Assembly: GCA_963811165.1 (NCBI GenBank)
Contig: CAWEQH010000008.1
Coordinates: 352,001-416,000, forward strand
Length of the DNA stretch: 64,000 nt
From: an uncultured Nitrospiraceae bacterium
GTDB lineage: Bacteria; Nitrospirota; Thermodesulfovibrionia; Thermodesulfovibrionales; UBA6898
Reading direction: 5' to 3'
The notes below the pieces were generated by a model, which worked only from the letters and a program-made list of their open reading frames with translations, did no database searches and was not told where the DNA came from. The translations under genes were made by a program, and so were the position numbers. Shown piece after piece: positions 28,230 to 38,853 of the stretch (its first letter is position 1; each line of letters starts with the position of its first letter).

Positions 28230-28997
28230 ATGACTAATTGGGTAAACCTTGTAAAATATTTCCTCATTAAAGATATAAAGTCCAGATATGCCGGCTCCGG
28301 GCTGGGAATGCTCTGGACTATTATGATGCCTATTTTTCAGATACTCCTTTACTGGTTTGTATTTTCGACGGTGATGCGCGTAAGGCCCCACGCTAATGCC
28401 CAGATCCCTTATGTTCTCTTTCTTCTTTCTACCTATTTTTTTTGGCTTGCCATCTCCGAGGGCATCTCCCGGTCGGGCACGACGATACTAGAGAATGCCG
28501 AAATTGTGAAGAAGGTCCCCTTCCCGATAATTATACTGCCGATATCGATTACCCTTTCGAGCTATTTGCAGAGTATGGTGGGCGTTGTCTTATTTATCCT
28601 TGTCTTTACGTTTTCAGGGCTGTCCCACCTGTCCATGTTTATGATAGTGCCTGTGCTCATTCTCCAGCTTCTTTTCTCCGTGGGAGTCGGAATGTTGCTT
28701 GCCGCCATTGTCCCTTACATGAGAGACCTCCAGCAGATAATCGGGTATGTGCTCCAGGGAATGTTCTTCCTGTCCCCCATACTTTACAGCCTGGAGGCTA
28801 TCCCGGAGAATATCAGAGGTCTTACCTATCTAAATCCTGTAACACTTTATGTCGAGTCCTACCATAAGATAATATTAGAAAGGACCCTGCCTGGTCCCTG
28901 GTATTGGGGAGCGATGGCCCTTTGTTCGGGTCTGTTTTTATTCCTCGGGATAAAGGTTTTTACAAAACTGAACGAGGGGTTTGCAGACATACTTTGA
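28230..28997 (+). CDS. wzm: ABC-2 polysaccharide export permease Wzm
   Basis: DIKSRYAGSGLGMLW, VKKVPFP, RDLQQ, FFLSPILY, LNP, FADIL. Confidence 0.92.
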   Translation: MTNWVNLVKYFLIKDIKSRYAGSGLGMLWTIMMPIFQILLYWFVFSTVMRVRPHANAQIPYVLFLLSTYFFWLAISEGISRSGTTILENAEIVKKVPFPIIILPISITLSSYLQSMVGVVLFILVFTFSGLSHLSMFMIVPVLILQLLFSVGVGMLLAAIVPYMRDLQQIIGYVLQGMFFLSPILYSLEAIPENIRGLTYLNPVTLYVESYHKIILERTLPGPWYWGAMALCSGLFLFLGIKVFTKLNEGFADIL

Positions 28998-30163
28998 TGA
29001 GTGAAGACATCGCAATCAGCATGAAAGACTTGAGAAAGGTCTACCGCCTCTACCAAAAGCCGATAGACAGGCTCAAAGAGATCCTCTTCCGTACACGGTA
29101 CCACAATGAATTTGTCGCGCTTGACGGTCTTAGCATAAGAGTGAAGAAAGGGGAAACCCTCGGCGTTATCGGTGAGAACGGGGCGGGGAAGTCAACCCTG
29201 TTGAAGATAATTGCGAGGACCCTCAAGCCCACAAGCGGGGAGGTCAATATCAACGGGATGGTCTCCTCCCTGTTGGAACTTGGCTCAGGGTTTCATCCCG
29301 AATTTACAGGGATTGAAAACATCTATTTTTACGGCTCCCTTTTAGGGATACCCTCTTCTGAGATGGCCAGGAGGGTACAGGATGTGGTCTCTTTCGCCGA
29401 AATCGGGGAGCATATCAATTATCCCCTGAAGACCTATTCATCGGGGATGCATGTGCGGTTGGCATTCTCGGTTGCAATGGCAGTTGAGCCGGACATTCTT
29501 GTTGTGGATGAGGCGCTTTCCGTCGGGGACCTCTACTTTCAGAAAAAAAGTACGGACAAGATATTATCGATTAAGGAGGCGGGCAAAACCATTCTTTTTT
29601 GTTCCCACAGCATGTACTATGTCAACAGGTTATGTGACAGGGTCATCTGGCTGAAAAACGGCCAGGCCGCGCTAGAGGGTTCGGCCCACGAGGTCACTCA
29701 GGCTTATGAAACTTACCAGCTCAAGAAGGAACAGGCAAAAAGTGCGGCTCCGTCTGTATATGCGGCTGGAGAAACCGGGCATGTAGCATTTCTTCTGATC
29801 CGCAATTTGATCATTACGCCTTTCCCCAGCGTAAGGAGCGGTGAAGACCTGAACATAGAGATAGAAATTGAGGCCCTTGACGACTCTGTTCCCTATAGGA
29901 TAGCGGCGGTGCTCCGGAGGATAGATAACGTGCAGATTGTCGGTATCGGTACGAGAGCCCACGAGCCACTGCATGGAAGCAGGAAGATCAACCTCTGCCT
30001 TCCCGGCATTCAGCTGAAGGAAGGCACATTTTTTCTGAATATCCATGCCATGGATGAGCAGTTTATCCATATCTACGACAGCAAGTCGACCCCTTACTTT
30101 ACAATACCGAAGGAAAGCATTGAGCCGGGGTTTATCAACATACCTTACCGATGGACTATCTGA
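28997..30163 (+). CDS. wzt: Polysaccharide ABC exporter ATPase Wzt with C-terminal extension
   Basis: GENGAGKST, YSSGMHVRLAF, VDEALSVGD, CSH; about 140-aa C-terminal Wzt_C-like domain; TGATG coupling to wzm. Confidence 0.92.
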   Translation: MSEDIAISMKDLRKVYRLYQKPIDRLKEILFRTRYHNEFVALDGLSIRVKKGETLGVIGENGAGKSTLLKIIARTLKPTSGEVNINGMVSSLLELGSGFHPEFTGIENIYFYGSLLGIPSSEMARRVQDVVSFAEIGEHINYPLKTYSSGMHVRLAFSVAMAVEPDILVVDEALSVGDLYFQKKSTDKILSIKEAGKTILFCSHSMYYVNRLCDRVIWLKNGQAALEGSAHEVTQAYETYQLKKEQAKSAAPSVYAAGETGHVAFLLIRNLIITPFPSVRSGEDLNIEIEIEALDDSVPYRIAAVLRRIDNVQIVGIGTRAHEPLHGSRKINLCLPGIQLKEGTFFLNIHAMDEQFIHIYDSKSTPYFTIPKESIEPGFINIPYRWTI

Positions 30164-30190
30164 GATCTATATTCACACTCTTTCCGGCGG

Positions 30191-31159
30191 ATGAAATCGG
30201 GGCCCTCTATAAGTAAAATTCTCGACATAAGACTTTACAGGGCGGGTGATGAGGTCGGCATCACGAGGCTTTTTAAAGAGGTCTTCGGTAGGGGAATGTC
30301 TCTGGATGAATGGAGATGGAAATACATCGAAAGCAATCCCGCGAAGGTCTATTCCACAGTCGCTATCCATGAAGAACTCGGAGTGGTCGGACATTACGGC
30401 GCGGTCCGCGTACCATTGATTTACATGGGAAGGCCGGCCGGAGGTCTTGCCATCTGCGACGTGATGATACTTCCTCCTTTCAGAGGGATTAAGACACTGA
30501 AAGAAATCTCCTGTCTAACTCCCCGTGAGGCGGTCAGAGACGGCATTATCGTCGGGTATGGTTTTCCCGAGAGAAACGCTCTTTTGAGACCGGCCCTGCA
30601 GCTTGGGATTTATGAGATGGTGGAAGACGTGATGGAATGCGCTAAGGAAGCAGCTTTCCATGATGATGTGGACCGTTACCGGTTTAAACTTTTTCCACTG
30701 GATTATTCCGACGCTAAGATAGACCGTTTGTGGGACAGGTGCAAGACAGACTTGTCGATGGCGGTTGTAAGAGACAGGAGATACCTAACCTGGAGGCATA
30801 AAAACCACCCACTTTTCCGTTACGAACTGTGGGGGCTTAAAGGGCGCATCGGAAGCAGTCTGCTAGGGTATGCAGTTTTGAAAAGGGAAAGCGACCGGGT
30901 GCTGCTGATCGACTTTCTCTCGACAAAACAGACGCTCCCGGCCCTTATTGGAAAAATCGAAAACCTCATCTGCTCGGGAGGTCCCGGGACTTTGACGCTC
31001 TGGGTCCCCCCTTTTATGGAAAAAACCTTCACCACCCTGGGGTTCTCGGCAAAAAAAAGTGCGACTGCCATCCCGCGGACCACTCAGGAGCCTACCCTTT
31101 CGAAAGCGGATATCGCAGGGCATTTTTTTTATACCATGGGTGATACTGACTTTTTTTAA
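30191..31159 (+). CDS. GNAT-family acyltransferase
   Basis: EWRWKY..NP, VVGHY, DVMILPPFRG, YGFP, YLTWRH..HP, terminal MGDTDFF. Confidence 0.78.
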   Translation: MKSGPSISKILDIRLYRAGDEVGITRLFKEVFGRGMSLDEWRWKYIESNPAKVYSTVAIHEELGVVGHYGAVRVPLIYMGRPAGGLAICDVMILPPFRGIKTLKEISCLTPREAVRDGIIVGYGFPERNALLRPALQLGIYEMVEDVMECAKEAAFHDDVDRYRFKLFPLDYSDAKIDRLWDRCKTDLSMAVVRDRRYLTWRHKNHPLFRYELWGLKGRIGSSLLGYAVLKRESDRVLLIDFLSTKQTLPALIGKIENLICSGGPGTLTLWVPPFMEKTFTTLGFSAKKSATAIPRTTQEPTLSKADIAGHFFYTMGDTDFF

Positions 31160-31166
31160 CGGGTGT

Positions 31167-32060
31167 CTATTTCCCCTGCGCCTTGCCTGTTATCCTGTCT
31201 TCGAAAATCTCCACCCCTGCTTTTTCTTTTGCGGTGAGAACGAACTCGACTTGCCTTGGAATTTTCAGTTCGTTCTTAAGGTAGTCCCTGATCGACGCCT
31301 TAACTTCCTCAAGGCCCATGGTCCTCGCTTCCTTGTGGTCTTCCACTTTTATAATATGATAGCCGAACTTCGTTTCCACAATATCACTGATAGCCCCGGG
31401 TTTCAGGGAAAAGGCCGCGTTTTCGAAAGGCTTTACCATCTTGCCCCTCGCGAAATAATCTGTGTCGCCCCCTCGTTTTTTCGTGCCGAGGTCGTCGGAA
31501 TACTCTGATGCAAGTTTCGCAAAGTCTTCCCCTTTCTCGGCCCGCTGACGCAACTCGTTTATTTTTTCTTTTGCCTTTTTCTTCTCCTCATCGGTTGCCT
31601 TGGCAGAGACCTTGATCAGTATGTGCCTTGCACGTACCTGTTCAGGCACCTTGAATTTCTCCTTATTAGCGTCATAGTATTGCTTTATGTCCGCGTCACT
31701 TACGGTAATATCCTTTGCCAATGCCTTCCCTAAATAGTGGGTTGCCGTAAAGTCATCAATCATATACTGAAGCTGTTCCTTGAATTCCGGATCTTTATCG
31801 AACCCTTCCTTCCTAGCCAGGGCCGCCATGATCTTGACCTCGATCATCCTTTTTACCAACGTGATTTTCTGTGCGGGATTATCCTGTAAAGACTTCTGTC
31901 TTTCGGCAGGGTAATAGCTTATAAGTCTGTTAAGATCGGACATTTTTATCACAAAATCTCCGGCCTTGGCAAGCACAGGATCGGTTTCCTCTGCGGCCGA
32001 AATTTGGACAAAAAGAAACGTTGCTGCGAATATCACCAAAAAAAATTTTGACATCATCAA
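31167..32060 (-). CDS. PpiC/parvulin-type peptidyl-prolyl isomerase (exported)
   Basis: Signal peptide; [41 protein letters not shown]. Confidence 0.92.
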   Translation of the reverse strand: MMMSKFFLVIFAATFLFVQISAAEETDPVLAKAGDFVIKMSDLNRLISYYPAERQKSLQDNPAQKITLVKRMIEVKIMAALARKEGFDKDPEFKEQLQYMIDDFTATHYLGKALAKDITVSDADIKQYYDANKEKFKVPEQVRARHILIKVSAKATDEEKKKAKEKINELRQRAEKGEDFAKLASEYSDDLGTKKRGGDTDYFARGKMVKPFENAAFSLKPGAISDIVETKFGYHIIKVEDHKEARTMGLEEVKASIRDYLKNELKIPRQVEFVLTAKEKAGVEIFEDRITGKAQGK

Positions 32061-32221
32061 ACCTCCGAAAAAATATTGTTTTTTTACTCTATCACACCAT
32101 TCAAAGAGAATTCAAAATGGCAAAGAGAAGAAAAATGGCGCATGAGGATGACCCTATTCTTTCTCGATTTGGCGGATCCGGCAGTTCCGAAAGCTGCGCG
32201 TAGTTTTTCCTGCCAGCGGCA

Positions 32222-32995
32222 TCAGCATGTCGGTTCCAAAGGCGTGACATGGCTTAGCTGTGCATTGTAGTTCGAAGGCCGACTAACGTTCCGCCTGAAG
32301 AGCGTTCTAGGTACCGGCGCCGCTCCAGGTGCCGGTTGCGGATTTGCGAGCCGCGATGTTGCCGCCCGCCCGACAGGCGGTTGCTGAGGCGGAAAAATTT
32401 GTTGTCCCGGTGTTGCAGCCTGAGTACCCGGGACTGTCGTTGCTCCCTCTCTCGTTTTTGACTTGGATGGATCGTTGAGAGACACAGCCAATTTTTCATC
32501 TCCCCTGGCCATGACGACCTTGTCAGTGTCTATTTCCTTAACGACAAAGCCGCTCAATGCCTCTCCCACCCTGAGTGGTATTTGTTTTTTCCCCCTAGTT
32601 GGTGCATTCTGGGGGGCTTTCCTGTCTTCCATGTATGCGATCCGGAGATCGTTTTCTATCAGCGTTCCGTACAGGACGAACTCGGGCTTGGGAAGGGGTA
32701 TTACGGCAATGTCTTTCTTTTCGGGCGGTATCCTTCTTTCCGGGTGAAAAATGTTTTGTTCGGCTATAAGAAAGTAATCCGATGGTGAAGGGCTCTTGCT
32801 TTCTACCGGCTTTTCAGTAGTCTTCGAAGGGACGGCCGTCGGTATTTTCGATGAAGGTGCCGTTAATTTAAGGCTTTTGCCTGAAAGAGGCATGAGCATG
32901 TTATTGGCAAAGACAATGAGGACCGCCGCCAGCACGATATTGACCACGCTGAAATTGCTGAGTATCAATCTTGTCCTGCCCATACTATTTGCCAC
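32222..32995 (-). CDS. GspC-like type II secretion protein
   Basis: N-terminal TM, NIFHPERR, FVLYGT, VGEALSGFVVKEI (HR-like domain); last gene of the gsp run. Confidence 0.65.
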   Translation of the reverse strand: MANSMGRTRLILSNFSVVNIVLAAVLIVFANNMLMPLSGKSLKLTAPSSKIPTAVPSKTTEKPVESKSPSPSDYFLIAEQNIFHPERRIPPEKKDIAVIPLPKPEFVLYGTLIENDLRIAYMEDRKAPQNAPTRGKKQIPLRVGEALSGFVVKEIDTDKVVMARGDEKLAVSLNDPSKSKTREGATTVPGTQAATPGQQIFPPQQPPVGRAATSRLANPQPAPGAAPVPRTLFRRNVSRPSNYNAQLSHVTPLEPTC

Positions 32996-33536
32996 CCGTA
33001 AGGGCCGACACGTCCAGCTTTATCAGGAGGTCTCTGGGCTCCCTGAAGTTCCTCACCCTGGTATCGAGTTCTTTCACGACAAGATAAGGTGTCCTCGATT
33101 CTATTGAAAAAAGAATGTCTTCGAGTGCCCGTATATCGGGCAGTACCGCGTCTATGCTGACGGTGATGACCTTGAACTTGCCGTGGTCTTCGGGTTTCCC
33201 GACACGTTCGCTCGAAATGGACCCGCCCCTGCCTGCGACAATGCCCTTGATCGTTTCTTGGAGCGTGGCGGCCGAAAGAGAAAGCGTCTGTCCCTCGATC
33301 AATTTGGTCTTGTCCGCTTGCTGCTCATCTTTCAATGCGGCTATCTGTTTTTCGAGGTTCGGCTTCTCCGCAATGAGTGCGTTTGACTTTTCGAGTATTC
33401 TCAAGCCCACTGTCTGCTCCTCTTTGATAGTGTCAAGGTCCGACTTTACCCTCTTGTAGCCATAATTGTAGACCGCAAAGACCAAAAGCCCCAGCATGAG
33501 CGGCATCGTGAGTATAAGAGTCTTATTTTTTTTCAT
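32985..33536 (-). CDS. gspM: Type II secretion protein GspM
   Basis: TM plus coiled coil, AATLQETIK, LFSIESRTPYLVVKEL; follows gspL. Confidence 0.8.
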   Translation of the reverse strand: MKKNKTLILTMPLMLGLLVFAVYNYGYKRVKSDLDTIKEEQTVGLRILEKSNALIAEKPNLEKQIAALKDEQQADKTKLIEGQTLSLSAATLQETIKGIVAGRGGSISSERVGKPEDHGKFKVITVSIDAVLPDIRALEDILFSIESRTPYLVVKELDTRVRNFREPRDLLIKLDVSALTGGK

Positions 33537-35106
33537 TTTTCGGCCTTTCTCCTGCCGTCTTTTTCACTCCGCTGTCCGTTTTTTGGGCTGGTTCGCTCTT
33601 TTTAATGCCCTCAATCTCCATCTTAATGACAAACCTGTCCGAATTCATCTTCACGTCTCTGAATGTCGGAGACGCGAACTCGACTTTTTGGAAGAGTTTC
33701 GATGCCTCCAGTTTCGGCAGGAGTTCACTGGCCGATGCAGCATAGCCCTCTATATCGACCCCTGTCTCTGTGACCCTGACACGCGTCAACCATGTTGACT
33801 TGGGAAGGACGACGGTAAGTTCTTTGATGATATTCAACACCATAGGCCTGTCTTCCTTGAAACCTCTTATTGAGGCTATCTCGGCGGCTAAATCCTTGGT
33901 CGTCTTTTTCAAGTCTTCGACTTTTTTTACCTCTACCTTTTTCGAAGCGGCCTCATGCGTTATTTCGGCGAGCCTCTTTTTTTCTACGCGCAAAGGTGCG
34001 AGAAGGTAGATGACCCACACGACGATAATAGCCGCCGTCAGTATGACCGTGGATATCACTGGGGGCTTTTGCTTTGCATACACGCCTCTTTTAAGAAGGT
34101 TCATTCCCCTGTCACGTTCCTGCAGCGTCTCTATCAGGCTTCCCACCGCGCCATAGGGGACCTCTTGCGAAGTCTGGGCGAACTTTATCCTGGCGTCCGT
34201 CGGTCTCAATAATGAGAAGGGTACACTCAGCCGGACCTTAAGTAATTCAACAAGAGAAGGACTGTTATTCTTAAAATGTGCGACGATCTTGGGCGACTTG
34301 CCCCGTTCCTTCGAGGCCTCGATAAGCTTTTTCAACGATGCAGAGATAGTCTCCGCCCTGGAGCTGTCGTCGGTCGCCGTAAAGAAGCCGGAGAAAACCT
34401 GCACCAGTGAGCCCCCGGTGAATTGTGCCCCTTCGTATTCCTTTTCATCAATCCCTATGAAGAGGATGTCTGAATCTTTTTCCTTCTGCCCGCAAAGCGC
34501 GGTAATGCCTGCAAGGTCGACGGTAATTCCGCTTATGGTAAATCCGTTTTCCGAAAGGGAGGTCATATAGGGCATTACCGCATCTGCCCTGGCCGCCATG
34601 ATAAGCAGGACGATTTTCTCACCGTCCTCTTTCAATACCCTGAAATCAAAAAACGCCTCATCGGAAGTGAAGGGTGTGATTCTGTCCATCTCATAGGCCA
34701 CGACAGACGCCAAATTCTCTTTTACCGTGGAGGGGAATTCGACCGTCCTTATGATCGTCCATGCCTTTGGGATGCTCAGCGTGATTCCGGTCCTGGGCGC
34801 GCCGAATTCGTTTACCGCAAGCGCCAGAGACGATACCATTTCATCCGGCTGAGGATATCTTGAGGTGCCTTCCAAGGGATATGTCTTTGCGCCATACACG
34901 GTCGTCCCTGAAAGGAATTTCGTACCGTAAGCAACAGAGATGTTCCCCTTTCCGATTGATACGGCGAGGCCCTTTTGAGGAAAGATCATGTCATCGGCCG
35001 GACTGAAAGTGAGTACCCTCTGAAGAAAACTCCCCAGTTTCATCAGCCTCGGGAGCGATCCGTGGGCAAAGGTCGTTAATTTCTTAAGTGTGATCGCTTC
35101 CGCCAT
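33523..35106 (-). CDS. gspL: Type II secretion protein GspL (PilM-like cytoplasmic plus PilN-like periplasmic domain)
   Basis: VAYEMDRITPF, MNLL, TM, ELTVVLPKSTWL, IEGYA, LEASKLFQKVEFASP. Confidence 0.8.
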   Translation of the reverse strand: MAEAITLKKLTTFAHGSLPRLMKLGSFLQRVLTFSPADDMIFPQKGLAVSIGKGNISVAYGTKFLSGTTVYGAKTYPLEGTSRYPQPDEMVSSLALAVNEFGAPRTGITLSIPKAWTIIRTVEFPSTVKENLASVVAYEMDRITPFTSDEAFFDFRVLKEDGEKIVLLIMAARADAVMPYMTSLSENGFTISGITVDLAGITALCGQKEKDSDILFIGIDEKEYEGAQFTGGSLVQVFSGFFTATDDSSRAETISASLKKLIEASKERGKSPKIVAHFKNNSPSLVELLKVRLSVPFSLLRPTDARIKFAQTSQEVPYGAVGSLIETLQERDRGMNLLKRGVYAKQKPPVISTVILTAAIIVVWVIYLLAPLRVEKKRLAEITHEAASKKVEVKKVEDLKKTTKDLAAEIASIRGFKEDRPMVLNIIKELTVVLPKSTWLTRVRVTETGVDIEGYAASASELLPKLEASKLFQKVEFASPTFRDVKMNSDRFVIKMEIEGIKKSEPAQKTDSGVKKTAGERPKNEKK

Positions 35107-36142
35107 CGCTCTCCGTCTGGTCCTTTACCGGGTTCTTTGCAGGACTCTTATAATACATGTACTTAACCTTGTTATCTTGTCCCATCACGATCGTCGCCTT
35201 GACCGTGTACGGACCTTTTGCGTCGCCTTTGTAAGCCGAAGATTCTATCGTAAAGACGTTGCCTGCCCCCCCCAAGGTAATGAGCGAGTTAAACGGTGGC
35301 TTAACGGCCGCGAGCATCCCCTGAATGTTTGCCGCACTTGCAGCATCAGCGGGATTTCCACGCGAACTCACTATCGCCTCAGCGGCCTCGGCTGTTATGC
35401 CTGGGACAGCCATCAAGACCTCCTTTGGTGCGGCGTTTGCGTTGATTGGTGCGGCGGCTGCGTTGCCCGGGCCGCTCGTCGAATTTACGGTCAATAAATC
35501 TATCAAACCCTTATTCTTTCCGGTGCCGTACAGTATCTCCGGGGTCATTCCCTTTACCAGCAAAAGTTCTTCCAGCGTATCAAAATCGGCGTCCTTCGCC
35601 TTATACGGGTTCGGAAGAGACGTGTAGTAGTCACTTTCAGCGCCGTGAAGCCTGGTAAGGTCATCAGCGTCTTTCCAGTCTAAAACGGAGTCGACTATTG
35701 TGTCCGCCTGCTCTTCCTCAACGCCGGAATTCATCAAAACGTTCTTCAATATTATAGCAGACGAGTCGTTTAGTGTGTTGATGTTTATCTTACCGGACTC
35801 ATCGATGATGCTGACCGTATAATATCCGTCTTCCGTCTTGACGGTATTTGGAGTGCCGTCCGTTTTCCATGCCTCGCCGCCCTCAGGGGGGATCTGGGCA
35901 CCGGGAGGGTTCATTTTTGCGTAGGCGATTTCTATAATGCCCCTCTCTATGCCGGCCTCTGCGAGAAATTTTTTTTCAACACCTTGTTTAAATGCCAGTG
36001 AAGCCTGAGTCTCCGTCCGCCCCGTGTAAGAGAAGGCCAGGACAATGACCATAAGCACCGTCAATACCCATAAGACCATGATTAGGGCGATCCCCCTCTC
36101 ATCTCCTGCTGAAGACTTTAATGGTCCTCCGGCAGACATCAT
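35084..36142 (-). CDS. gspK: Minor pseudopilin GspK
   Basis: ERGIALIMVLW, DESGKININ, DWKDAD, EELLLVKG, INANAA. Confidence 0.93.
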   Translation of the reverse strand: MMSAGGPLKSSAGDERGIALIMVLWVLTVLMVIVLAFSYTGRTETQASLAFKQGVEKKFLAEAGIERGIIEIAYAKMNPPGAQIPPEGGEAWKTDGTPNTVKTEDGYYTVSIIDESGKININTLNDSSAIILKNVLMNSGVEEEQADTIVDSVLDWKDADDLTRLHGAESDYYTSLPNPYKAKDADFDTLEELLLVKGMTPEILYGTGKNKGLIDLLTVNSTSGPGNAAAAPINANAAPKEVLMAVPGITAEAAEAIVSSRGNPADAASAANIQGMLAAVKPPFNSLITLGGAGNVFTIESSAYKGDAKGPYTVKATIVMGQDNKVKYMYYKSPAKNPVKDQTESDGGSDHT

Positions 36143-36801
36143 TTCATGATACCCGGAGTGACTGTGGCGGCGTTGGCGACGGCCTTCTCGTTGAGAGACG
36201 CGGCGGCCCTTACCGGGATGATGAAGGCAAAATTATTTTGGCCCGACACGAGATGGAGTTTGACCTTCTCGGGGATGTTGATATCGTCCGTCCACTCATC
36301 CGTCCAGCTGCCTTTTTCGTCTGTTGGGCCCTTGGAATAATATTCGAAATAAACCTTGTCAAAAGAGCCCAACAGCGGCGTCTCCGTGCCTTTGTCCATG
36401 CCCGCTATATTTTCAGTCGCCTTCATGGTCTGTTTTCCGTCGTTGCCGGTCTCAACGGCGTAGGACACCACCGTGTATCCTCTCTGCCCCCCCCAGATTG
36501 AATAGTCGGTCGAAAATTTCAGAGAGTCTCTGGCCGCCTTGAAGTAGCGTTTTTTTTCTCCGTTGTCGTCATAGGTGAGGCCTGTCATGGACTGGATCTG
36601 GGCCTCGATGATGTTAAGTGATGTCCTCATGCGCTCGAGGGCGTCTATCCTCTTTTCCCCCCTGTCGACGGACTGAATGCCGAGTCTCATCGCCCCCGCC
36701 ACAATGACGACGATGATGGCGGTCATCGCTATGGCGATCATCAGCTCTAAGAGTGTGAACCCGCGGCTGTCAAGCCTTCTGCATCCGGTGTTTTTTATCA
36801 T
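36139..36801 (-). CDS. gspJ: Minor pseudopilin GspJ
   Basis: RGFTLLELMIA prepilin motif; size and position. Confidence 0.85.
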   Translation of the reverse strand: MIKNTGCRRLDSRGFTLLELMIAIAMTAIIVVIVAGAMRLGIQSVDRGEKRIDALERMRTSLNIIEAQIQSMTGLTYDDNGEKKRYFKAARDSLKFSTDYSIWGGQRGYTVVSYAVETGNDGKQTMKATENIAGMDKGTETPLLGSFDKVYFEYYSKGPTDEKGSWTDEWTDDINIPEKVKLHLVSGQNNFAFIIPVRAAASLNEKAVANAATVTPGIMK

Positions 36802-37211
36802 ACCTTCTTGGGTATCGCCTTCATGGTCTTGAGCGTTAACGCGCGCTCCTTGACGCCGTCTTTCCAGTGCACAACAAGTTGTATCTGAAGGAGCTTCAAA
36901 GGAAGGTTCTCGGTCCTTCCTTCTTCGGCGTTTGTTATTGCAACGTCTATCCTGTATCCGTCCGGCGTTGTCTCCGACGATGACTTCTCGGAGATGTCCT
37001 CGTCGTCAAGGACTTCCCGCATCGCCGACTCCGCCTTCATTACCGCCTTCGCCAGATCCTCCGAAATAGCGATCCCTCTTAGGTTTGCCGAGAAAAGCTG
37101 GATGATCACTATGAGGGCGATGCTGAGGAGCGCCAGGGCAACAAGGACCTCGAGAAGCGTAAAGCCCCGGCTTGAGGAAAAAGGGAAACGCGGCTTCCGA
37201 TATGCCGGCAT
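36798..37211 (-). CDS. gspI: Minor pseudopilin GspI
   Basis: RGFTLLEVLVA; size and position. Confidence 0.85.
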   Translation of the reverse strand: MPAYRKPRFPFSSSRGFTLLEVLVALALLSIALIVIIQLFSANLRGIAISEDLAKAVMKAESAMREVLDDEDISEKSSSETTPDGYRIDVAITNAEEGRTENLPLKLLQIQLVVHWKDGVKERALTLKTMKAIPKKV

Positions 37212-37646
37212 CTATTTCACCACCGCAGAGCCCACGATGGGATCGAGCTCGATGCGGACGGTTTTTTTTGAGTTCCAAAGGACAATTGTGCCGCCCTGGG
37301 TTCCGCCGGTGGGAGGAAAATCGAACTGATATTTGCCCGTCTGGACGTCACCCTGCAGCGGGTCAACTACCTTGATGGAAATCCCCGGGGGGATGTCCCT
37401 TGAGGTGACGTTATCAATCCCGAATTTGTGCGCTTCCATATCTATCGTGAGAGTCTGTTTTTCGCCTTTTAATTGTGCCAGGGTCCTGGCATGACGAATA
37501 GAGGCGACCATTTCCCTCGTCGTTGCGCTGAATTTACTTGAAGGCAGCGAATTGGAAAAAAGGACTGCGACCAAAGAAAGCGTCAAGCCGATAAGAAACA
37601 TCACGACGATCAGTTCCAGAAGTGTGAAGCCCTTGTCCTTGTCCAT
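37212..37646 (-). CDS. gspH: Minor pseudopilin GspH
   Basis: KGFTLLELIVV, IRHARTLA, FPPTGGTQGG. Confidence 0.82.
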   Translation of the reverse strand: MDKDKGFTLLELIVVMFLIGLTLSLVAVLFSNSLPSSKFSATTREMVASIRHARTLAQLKGEKQTLTIDMEAHKFGIDNVTSRDIPPGISIKVVDPLQGDVQTGKYQFDFPPTGGTQGGTIVLWNSKKTVRIELDPIVGSAVVK

Positions 37647-37659
37647 TATATTATGTTTC

Positions 37660-38853
37660 TTAAACAGGCAGATCTGTGATACTGAAGATTGCCATGAGCA
37701 TCGACAGCACTATAAAACCGATGACCAGTCCCATCCCGAGGATCATGGCCGGCTCCATGAGACTGACGAACCGCTTTATCGCGACGCGCAGGCTCTTTTC
37801 GTAGGTTACGGCCACTTTCAAAAGCATGGTATCGAGCTGGCCGGTCTCCTCTCCCACCTTTATCATAGAGAGGGCGAGGGCCGGGAAGACTTTGGCGTCT
37901 GTAAGGGGAGCGGCGATGCCCTTGCCTTCTTTTGCGCCCTTCGATACCGCGTCGATGGCAGAGGCTATTACCCGGTTGTTGATGATGTCTTTTGCGTTAT
38001 GAAGCGCCTGTAACAGCGGAACACCGCTTCTGATGAGGGTCCCAAGTGTCCGCGCGAACCTTGCGGTCTCTATCTTTTTGATCAAGTCACCCGCCAGCTT
38101 GAGTTTGAAAGAGTCCCACTGGAGTCGTCCCTCATCGGTCTTGACGAAATTTCTGAAAATGACCCATCCTCCGGCGGCGACTGCCAGCAGTATCCACCAG
38201 TAGGAAGCCAAGAAGCCGCTAAAGCCGATGATTATACGGGTCGAAAGCGGTAATTCAGTATGCATTTCAGCAAAAATTACCGAGAACTTAGGGAGGACAT
38301 AGGTCAGCAGCACGATGATCGACGCCCCTCCCGTAAACAGGAGGATAACCGGGTATATCATCGCGGAAAAGACATGGTCTTTCAGTTCCTTTGATGATTC
38401 GAGGAACTCGTTCAGTTTATCGAGCACGACGTCGAGCACACCGCCGGCTTCGCCGGCCCTGATCATATTTACATAGAGTTTAGGAAAGACCCGCGGGTGT
38501 TTCTGGAGCGCGTCTGAAAAGGAACTGCCCTCCCTGATAGATTTCAGCACCGCTTTGATGATGTTCTTCATCTCGTTGCTCTCGGATATGTCGGAAAGGA
38601 TGTTAAGACTCCTGTCGAGCGGTAACCCCGCGCCCAAAAGCGAGGAAAGCTCGGTCGTAAACGTGAGGATGTCCCCGCGCGACGATTTAAGGATAAATCG
38701 TTTCCCTAACCCTTCCTTGGGGGTGGCTATGGTGAGAGGGATGACACCCGAGTTTCTCAGACGTTCTGCGACATCCCGTTCATCTGCTGCTTCTATTACG
38801 CCTTCCACGATGGCGCCGTCTGTGGTGGTGGCCTTGTAAGAAAAGATCCCCAC
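37660..38853 (-). CDS. gspF: Type II secretion platform protein GspF
   Basis: AGLPLDRSL, AGEAGG, AMIYP, SGVPLL, VGEETG, LMEP. Confidence 0.93.
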   Translation of the reverse strand: MGIFSYKATTTDGAIVEGVIEAADERDVAERLRNSGVIPLTIATPKEGLGKRFILKSSRGDILTFTTELSSLLGAGLPLDRSLNILSDISESNEMKNIIKAVLKSIREGSSFSDALQKHPRVFPKLYVNMIRAGEAGGVLDVVLDKLNEFLESSKELKDHVFSAMIYPVILLFTGGASIIVLLTYVLPKFSVIFAEMHTELPLSTRIIIGFSGFLASYWWILLAVAAGGWVIFRNFVKTDEGRLQWDSFKLKLAGDLIKKIETARFARTLGTLIRSGVPLLQALHNAKDIINNRVIASAIDAVSKGAKEGKGIAAPLTDAKVFPALALSMIKVGEETGQLDTMLLKVAVTYEKSLRVAIKRFVSLMEPAMILGMGLVIGFIVLSMLMAIFSITDLPV

